From IMG/VR virus record IMGVR_UViG_3300034101_003746: a stretch of DNA of 64,000 nucleotides; one strand, 5' to 3'. Shown here one piece after another: positions 57,706 to 64,000 of this stretch. Source of the stretch: an uncultured virus (IMG/VR IMGVR_UViG_3300034101_003746) (Duplodnaviria > Heunggongvirae > Uroviricota > Caudoviricetes). The notes beneath the pieces are model-generated. The model was not told the origin of the DNA, searched no databases, and saw only the letters and a list, made by a program, of their open reading frames with translations. The position numbers and the translations under genes were made by a program. Each line of letters begins with the position of its first letter. Position 1 is the stretch's first letter.

Positions 57706-60597
57706 TTATGCCATGTTGCTTGGCGTCCAACCTCTTCTCAGTGGACCCCAATATTTAGCCATACCAGTTGATGCATTGCTACCAATCGCATCGCTAGATT
57801 TTATTAATCTTTCTGCGATAACTAGTGCGGCCTTTGAATTTACGTCTGGGTCTTGTAATTGTGACATAGAAAACGCTGGTTTTCCATTTAAAGTTGTGCC
57901 ATTATCGATTCCAGCAGCTCTCATATGAGTTGCATAGTTTGAATAGTCTAGCGGAGATAGTTGATAAAGACCATTAGAATTACCAACAAACTTACCAACA
58001 TCTCCAACTACACTATTTCTGAGGCCTGACTCTTTAACTCCTAATTTAGTAAAGAATAGCGCCCATTCATCAGCAGAACCGCTCGTGATTCCATATCTAT
58101 CTCCATCGCTAGGTTTGTAACTATTTAATGTCGATGCCAATACTAGATTTTTCATTCTATTAAATTGAGTTTTTTCTGTCTCATTTTTAAGACTTGCTAA
58201 ACTTGCAGAACTGCTATCGGTTCCAGTAGAAACAGAAGAAATCGCAACTGTTCCATCTGCGGTAGCATTAGTTTCAGTTGCTTTAGCAAACAGCGGATTA
58301 TTTAAGATGTCATTTTTGTAATTTGAAATTACTGATTTTATAATATTCGTTTTAGTTTTAAATTCTGTGACAGTCTCTGTTGACCATTTTGGATTGCGTG
58401 CCAAAGCCTTGGCAACTTGAGCATTAAAACTGCTAGTTTCGGCAGTAATATTGACGCTATTTGCAGCTTGAGCCAATCCAGCATTAAATGAATCCATAAA
58501 TTCTGATAGTGTGCTTCCTCCAGACAATAGAGTTCCAACACTTCCTATAGAACCCGTCACGCCACTTATAGAATTTGCTACTGAACCCAATGCAGAGTTT
58601 GCTGTATTTACTGCAGATACACTTGAAGTAGTAGACCCTCCGCCAAATGATATAACAGAATTAGCAGTGTTTAGTGCTCCACCCAATCCCGATACGATAG
58701 AATCAAGTTTTGAACTTCCGTCTGATGATGTATTAAATGAAACAACATCTACATCTACGAGACCTTTTGCAGTGGCCTTTTTAGCGATAGAGTCATGATA
58801 TGAATATGCCAACTCATTAAGTGTAGTTAGCATTGCTAAATATTCATTTAATTTTGTTTTGTCTGCTAATTTAGATAGGGTTGCAATTTTATCAGTATCT
58901 TTTGCTGTAACCTGTTTAATTTCAAACAAAAATGCATCATAGTTTACTTTTTGTTCAACTGGTTGACGAGACACCATTGGAGTAAATCCTTTAACAGCTT
59001 CTGGAGTTTTAAGAGAATCTGCCTTTGTAGATTTTGGTATTATGTTTCCAAGAACATCGAAGTTTTCAGTTTCACAAAAATCAACTAGACCATTTACTGC
59101 ATTATTAGCAATAGTTAATGCGTTTCCCACACCTGGAAAGTTTGTTGAAATTTTATTTACAGTACTGTCAATTGCATCACCGACCGCTGCATACGCTCCG
59201 GTACCTTCGAGTACAGCATCCAAAAACGTCAATGGATTTTTCTTAATTTCCTCAATTAATTTTAATATTTGCTGTACTTGCTGTACAAGTTTAAGCGCTT
59301 TAGTTAACAGTTGTACAATTCCAACACCGGGAATATAGTTTAGTGCAAGTTGCACTAATTTTTTTGCTCCAGCAACCAGCAACTTTTGAGGTAAATTTTT
59401 AGCGCAATCGGCAAGAGAAGTAATTTTATCTAGATTGATAACATCAACATTGTCTAATATTTTCATCGTAGCTGACGACAAAAATTGTTTTGAAGTCATA
59501 TCAGTAGAAGTCTCTTCAGATAAAAGGCTAAGTTTATAGTTATACTCTTCTTCATCGGTATAGCCTGAAGGATTTTTAGTGTTTGGTGTTCTAGGAGAAA
59601 TTGTATATGTACCAGCGGTTTTTCCTACATAGTTATGATTCCAGTCTACAACCTTTGCTTCTAGTTGATATTCTCCAACTTCAACTGGAGGTATAAGCGA
59701 ATTGAGTTCTTCGTTGCTAGTCACTACTGCTGTACCCGATACGTCTGCATACTCTCCATTTTTCCACCATAATTCTCCAGAGTATGAATAGCTAATTCGT
59801 ACTTCTAGATTTTCAATATATTCTGGAGTTGCGTTTGGATCAGGATTATACTTTCTGACTTTGTATGTAGGCCAGTCTGGAATGCCATCATATATTTTTT
59901 TAGTGTTGATAAAATCAATAGTAATAGGCATTGGCAATATAACTAAAAATTTATTCCAATCTATTATTTTTTCAACATCTTTTCCAGTTCCTCTCCAAGT
60001 TGGCAAACCTGCAGGCAATTTGCCTGTTTCATAATAATCACTGGTAAAATAGCCCTTGCACGCAGTATTTTTCGTGTATGTAGATGCAACATTAAAGTCA
60101 TAGCGACCTACGTTTTGCGGAATTACTGACAACTTTTCTACTCCTCCCGTATAGTTTATATCAAAATCAACATCGTTCATTGATAATGGTATCAATGACA
60201 GACTGCTAACTTGAATTTGTCCAGATCCCTCGCCTATAGTTCCAGAACGAGTTTTAATTATTCCGGTCCCATTTGCAGTGACATCTACTCCTGATAGAGA
60301 GAATGTATTTAGACCGTCAACTTCAAAATTATAAACTACTGTATAGAGCGTATTTGGACTTACGCCTATAGAACCACTAACAGTTGTAAATGAAACTTGA
60401 TTGCCGTTTGTAAAGTTGTGATTGGCAAGAGTAACTTTATTTGTCGCAGCATCAAATGATACCTGTTGTGAAATTAAATATGCTCCAGAAATTATGCTTT
60501 TTGCATCAAAATCTTCACCAGTATAGGTGACAGAGACGCCCATTGTATCTCCATCCAAGTCATTTAATTTAATGTATATAAAGGTAAAATCTAACAT
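57706..60597 (-). CDS. Baseplate-associated protein with MBG-like domain and C-terminal lytic transglycosylase (SLT-like) domain
   Basis: KIYDG..PP..VGEY..NHNY MBG-like segment; KESG, GLYQL and LQDPDVNS SLT motifs; lies between gp5 and gp25. Confidence 0.65.
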   Translation of the reverse strand: MLDFTFIYIKLNDLDGDTMGVSVTYTGEDFDAKSIISGAYLISQQVSFDAATNKVTLANHNFTNGNQVSFTTVSGSIGVSPNTLYTVVYNFEVDGLNTFSLSGVDVTANGTGIIKTRSGTIGEGSGQIQVSSLSLIPLSMNDVDFDINYTGGVEKLSVIPQNVGRYDFNVASTYTKNTACKGYFTSDYYETGKLPAGLPTWRGTGKDVEKIIDWNKFLVILPMPITIDFINTKKIYDGIPDWPTYKVRKYNPDPNATPEYIENLEVRISYSYSGELWWKNGEYADVSGTAVVTSNEELNSLIPPVEVGEYQLEAKVVDWNHNYVGKTAGTYTISPRTPNTKNPSGYTDEEEYNYKLSLLSEETSTDMTSKQFLSSATMKILDNVDVINLDKITSLADCAKNLPQKLLVAGAKKLVQLALNYIPGVGIVQLLTKALKLVQQVQQILKLIEEIKKNPLTFLDAVLEGTGAYAAVGDAIDSTVNKISTNFPGVGNALTIANNAVNGLVDFCETENFDVLGNIIPKSTKADSLKTPEAVKGFTPMVSRQPVEQKVNYDAFLFEIKQVTAKDTDKIATLSKLADKTKLNEYLAMLTTLNELAYSYHDSIAKKATAKGLVDVDVVSFNTSSDGSSKLDSIVSGLGGALNTANSVISFGGGSTTSSVSAVNTANSALGSVANSISGVTGSIGSVGTLLSGGSTLSEFMDSFNAGLAQAANSVNITAETSSFNAQVAKALARNPKWSTETVTEFKTKTNIIKSVISNYKNDILNNPLFAKATETNATADGTVAISSVSTGTDSSSASLASLKNETEKTQFNRMKNLVLASTLNSYKPSDGDRYGITSGSADEWALFFTKLGVKESGLRNSVVGDVGKFVGNSNGLYQLSPLDYSNYATHMRAAGIDNGTTLNGKPAFSMSQLQDPDVNSKAALVIAERLIKSSDAIGSNASTGMAKYWGPLRRGWTPSNMA

Positions 60598-60600
60598 ATG

Positions 60601-61470
60601 TTATGCAATAGGAGGTGTAGTTGGGGCGGGGGAACCGGGAGCTCCGTCACCGAGGTGAAAGTGAGTTGCTAATGTACGTGTACCTCCCAACGCACAAACA
60701 TCAAGACCTGCCACTATAGCTCCACCCAAAACATTCATAATTGGAGTGGTAGCATTTATAGCAGTGGAATACATTGCAGTTGGTCCTAAAGATGTAAGAG
60801 TTAAATTACTTACTGCATCCAATGAAGCAGACATGCCTCCAAAACTTGCTTTGCCGAGAGGCGACTGCATACTGATACCTGTCAATGCGGTTGATGTACT
60901 AGAACCAGTTACGGTAGATGTATAGTCACCGCTTACATTCTTTTCTTGACCTCCAATAATATTAGTCTTAACTCCTCCAGCTGTTATATCAATAGCCATG
61001 CCTTGACCAGCTATTACATTCTTTTTACCCTTTACGTTTTCAGATTTGTCTCCAGTTACCTCTGTTTTGTGAGCATTTCCAACCTTTAATTTATATTCTC
61101 CCTTAACTGTTTGCTCCATATTTCCGTTGACTTCAACATTATAATTTCCGTTGACAGTTAACAAACAATTTCCATTTATGTGAATGTTGCAAGTTCCAGT
61201 AATTGAAACAAAATCATTTCCGCATACAGTAGTATATCGATCAGATACTACTGTAGTAGATTGTGCACCATCTGGTTCAATTGTTCTATACGTACCGGAT
61301 TTATGCATTTCATGAATGCGTTCGTTACCAAGAGTATCATCAACTTCAAATACATGACCGGCACGCGTCTGTGTAACATTGTTATACGGATACATAGATG
61401 CATCCACTGGTTGAGGTGTATTAAATGTACTAGTTAATGGTGTAAAAGAAGTCGTTTCAGTTGTTGCCAT
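60601..61470 (-). CDS. gp5: gp5 C-terminal spike (triple beta-helix) with HxH tip
   Basis: YPYNNVTQTRAGHVFEVDDTLGNERIHEMHKSGT, VxG octad repeats, C-terminal THFH; start at ATG 61470 rather than 61611. Confidence 0.85.
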   Translation of the reverse strand: MATTETTSFTPLTSTFNTPQPVDASMYPYNNVTQTRAGHVFEVDDTLGNERIHEMHKSGTYRTIEPDGAQSTTVVSDRYTTVCGNDFVSITGTCNIHINGNCLLTVNGNYNVEVNGNMEQTVKGEYKLKVGNAHKTEVTGDKSENVKGKKNVIAGQGMAIDITAGGVKTNIIGGQEKNVSGDYTSTVTGSSTSTALTGISMQSPLGKASFGGMSASLDAVSNLTLTSLGPTAMYSTAINATTPIMNVLGGAIVAGLDVCALGGTRTLATHFHLGDGAPGSPAPTTPPIA

Positions 61471-61492
61471 AATATTATATATCAAATTTAAT

Positions 61493-62524
61493 TTATAAAG
61501 ACGGTGAATTTGGATTTGTATTTGCGGTCCTATTATATTCTTCAAGTAGAGTTGAAGCTTGAGATGCGGTTGAACCTGATGAAAAATTTGTTGATGCCGT
61601 AGTAGGCACATTCGTATTTGTTAATCTTACTACATATTTCCATTCACGCATATGTTTTCTTCTTTCATAAACCCCAGTTGGAGAGCCAGTGTTTCCTTCT
61701 ATTGTAGTACACATACCTGATGCATCGCTGCCAACTGATATAAGTCCAACGTGACCTTTACCACTACTCACAGAACCTCTATGACGAGAAACTATATCTC
61801 CGGGATATACTACTGTAGGATTTACTATTTTTTGGCAATAATTTTTTCCAGGGCCATTAGCCCACGTATTAAAGAAATATAATGCGCTAGCTGTTTTAGG
61901 ACGAACGTTTTCCGGTAAAATTCCAGCCTTATCAACACACCAAGTTACAAATGCGGCGCACCAATGATTTCCTAAACCTTGCCAACCAACAGAATTCCAA
62001 TATTCACTTTTACCGGGGTCCCTAACGCCATTTTGACTTCGTGCGACTGTAACTAAACGATTTGCAGCATCTCCGCTAAGAGGAGGTATGGATGTTCCTC
62101 CATCCATCGTTGAGGTGCTAGCTCCGTTTGCTGACGGATTTTGAGAGTTATATTGTGAGGTATTGGTAGTTGCAGAATATGCAGTTCCAATCGATTTATT
62201 ACTTGCATCAGCCGGTATACCTTGACCTGTTAAAGACTCGACTCCAGGAATAGATCCAATTATTACCGGATCCTGTAAATCGGCATCTCTAAAAAATCCA
62301 AAGACCCATGAATCTTTCTGCAAACCTGTAGCGCTTGCACCGACTCCTCCGTTGCTCGCGCTAGTTAGAGGCATAATCGGCATTGCCCATGGTAAATCAG
62401 CATCCTTTAATTCAGTGTCTTCTCCAACCTCATGATACTCATAGCATCTGACCCGCACTCGTCCTGCATTTAGTGGATCTGAAATATCAACAACTATTCC
62501 AGTAAACCAATTAGTTATTTTCAT
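61493..62524 (-). CDS. gp5: gp5 N-terminal OB-fold fused to CHAP-type peptidoglycan hydrolase
   Basis: WFTGIV.DISDPL.AGRVRVRC, LPWA, WVFGFF.D..Q.P.IIG; HWCAAFV, GHVG, TIEGNT. Confidence 0.85.
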   Translation of the reverse strand: MKITNWFTGIVVDISDPLNAGRVRVRCYEYHEVGEDTELKDADLPWAMPIMPLTSASNGGVGASATGLQKDSWVFGFFRDADLQDPVIIGSIPGVESLTGQGIPADASNKSIGTAYSATTNTSQYNSQNPSANGASTSTMDGGTSIPPLSGDAANRLVTVARSQNGVRDPGKSEYWNSVGWQGLGNHWCAAFVTWCVDKAGILPENVRPKTASALYFFNTWANGPGKNYCQKIVNPTVVYPGDIVSRHRGSVSSGKGHVGLISVGSDASGMCTTIEGNTGSPTGVYERRKHMREWKYVVRLTNTNVPTTASTNFSSGSTASQASTLLEEYNRTANTNPNSPSL

Positions 62525-62526
62525 AA

Positions 62527-63972
62527 TTAAAATATTCGTTCTAGTAGTGTTTCTGATAATTTGCCCTGCGATGAGCTTGTAGTTGTTCCAGATGAAGTTT
62601 TACCAACTGCTAAAGTATTTTTTACTAATTTTAATCTATTGATATAGATACCATCGATAAATGTGTGCGAAGAAACTGTTATTATATACTCTCCAGACAT
62701 TGATTCATCAACTGTAGCAGTAGTAGCGTCTCTTATATTTTGTGGTATAGTTAGATGTATTTTTACTCCAGGATTTAACTGTGGATCTCCATATACAGAT
62801 ATTTCATGATTTGCTTCAGTCATATTTGCTAAAAATGATTTTGCAAATAACGCGTTTTCTAACAATGCAGCTGTCGTAGAATTTCCTTTAGATCCATCTG
62901 TTTTAGCAGTATTTATTTGAATTCCAGATATGCTAGCAGTGGGTAATTCGTGCAATTGTTTTGTTTTCTTTCCCTTGGGGGTACTTACCTTATAATAGAG
63001 GGATTTCCAACCTGTGTTTGCATTGCTTGAACTTGATATAACCCCATCAGTTGCGGTAGAATCATAATCACGTGTATAAAATGCCTTTGCTGCATAGTCA
63101 GTAACATTTAAACGACTTGCATAAGCTCCCTGTTTGGCTAAACCAAGTCTATCTAATTTTAAATTAGATTTCATGGTTAATATTCGTGACATTTCTTGAA
63201 TATATACATCTTCTGACCCAGGTTCACCCTTTATGAATTGACGATAGTAATATCGTTTGTATATATCTGTTTTTGAAATGTATTTCCAAGAATGTAAATA
63301 TATACTACTACTCTGTTTAGAACTTATCTTGCTATACATAAAAAATGGTGAACCATCAGCATCAAATGCTCGTGATCTTAACCATTCTGCCGCCTTTAAC
63401 GGATTTTGAATTGTTATTACTCCTTCGAATTCGCTTTTGCACTTAGTATCTCCGCTACTTTCTGATACTACATTGTTTAGATTTAAATCATCGGTAAATA
63501 TTTTTTTAATATTATCAACTACGTTTCCTTTAATTGCTCTGCATATCGTAAATAGGTTACTCGTATACGCAAATTCTGAAATTGCTACAATAGTGTATAT
63601 TTGAACTGATGGAAAATCCAGTGTTCTTTCAAAGTTTGGATATTCTTTGACATAAAATATATGTCTTATATTAGTGTTATCATCAGTTTTTTTAATATTA
63701 ACAACTAGTCGTTCTTGACCAACGATTGGAAATGTTTCAAAAAATCTTTCAGTATCGCGTATGGTTGCAGTAAATGTTACAACAGGTGAAAACAATTCTT
63801 CAGTGATTGAAAAGGAATCTATTAAATTACGTATATCCTTTGCAGAACCTCCTTTAGAATTTTGAAGAGTTAATGATATTACTTGAAAATTACCAGGTAC
63901 GTTATCAACATTATCTACTCCTCCTCTTGGAGTATTTCTTCCAGGTTCCTTTGCTTTTAATATTTCGGCCAT
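62527..63972 (-). CDS. Baseplate hub protein (gp27-like)
   Basis: EELFSP..I.D..PIVGQE, VYGDPQLNPG, SGEYIIT..H; immediately upstream of gp5; ACTAAATA variant at 63990-63997. Confidence 0.7.
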   Translation of the reverse strand: MAEILKAKEPGRNTPRGGVDNVDNVPGNFQVISLTLQNSKGGSAKDIRNLIDSFSITEELFSPVVTFTATIRDTERFFETFPIVGQERLVVNIKKTDDNTNIRHIFYVKEYPNFERTLDFPSVQIYTIVAISEFAYTSNLFTICRAIKGNVVDNIKKIFTDDLNLNNVVSESSGDTKCKSEFEGVITIQNPLKAAEWLRSRAFDADGSPFFMYSKISSKQSSSIYLHSWKYISKTDIYKRYYYRQFIKGEPGSEDVYIQEMSRILTMKSNLKLDRLGLAKQGAYASRLNVTDYAAKAFYTRDYDSTATDGVISSSSNANTGWKSLYYKVSTPKGKKTKQLHELPTASISGIQINTAKTDGSKGNSTTAALLENALFAKSFLANMTEANHEISVYGDPQLNPGVKIHLTIPQNIRDATTATVDESMSGEYIITVSSHTFIDGIYINRLKLVKNTLAVGKTSSGTTTSSSQGKLSETLLERIF

Positions 63973-64000
63973 AATTAAATATTATTCATTATTTAGTATT

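Noticed and set aside
4916..59338. Many + strand ORFs of 60-254 aa in the ORF track (for example 24312..25076, 30019..30549)
   Set aside because: They lie wholly antisense to long motif-bearing genes and are shadows of Thr/Ser/Gly-rich codons. Only 2713..2898 and 14730..15494 occupy their own space.
61471..61611. Programmed frameshift joining the two gp5 halves (A AAT TTT heptamer near 61585)
   Set aside because: The heptamer is a -1 type but fusion needs +1; the overlap peptide looks non-coding and the downstream half has its own ATG and promoter-like box
1..64000. tRNA, rRNA, introns, inteins, transposases
   Set aside because: Intergenic gaps are tiny and no such motifs were recognised by eye; a covariance-model scan was not run

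Overview
This is a 64-kb, AT-rich segment of a large T4-like (Tevenvirinae/Kyanoviridae-type) myophage, with almost all genes on the minus strand. From right to left it holds four regions. (i) A baseplate module: gp27-like hub, a gp5 split into two genes, a lytic-transglycosylase-bearing protein, gp25, gp6, gp7, gp8 and a DUF4815/VrlC-like giant protein. (ii) About 22 kb of tail-fibre and adhesin genes built from FG-GAP-like and RCC1-like propellers, beta-helices, LRR, FN3, Calx-beta and S74 chaperones. (iii) A ~15-kb enzyme island wedged between fibre genes. It has five radical SAM enzymes plus a collapsed sixth, four putative glycosyltransferases, a split transketolase, two SDR epimerases, two kinase-fold proteins, PIG-L and NodB deacetylases and a truncated NDP-sugar dehydrogenase. 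(iv) A further fibre, a fibre pseudogene, glf, two GT-like paralogs and a probable holin. T4-type late promoters (TATAAATA) recur, often only 5-7 nt before start codons. The main candidate new system is the radical-SAM/glycan island as a late-expressed virion or fibre modification pathway; it contains one gene apparently flipped between short inverted repeats. All protein assignments come from motif recognition by eye; no database searches were run.
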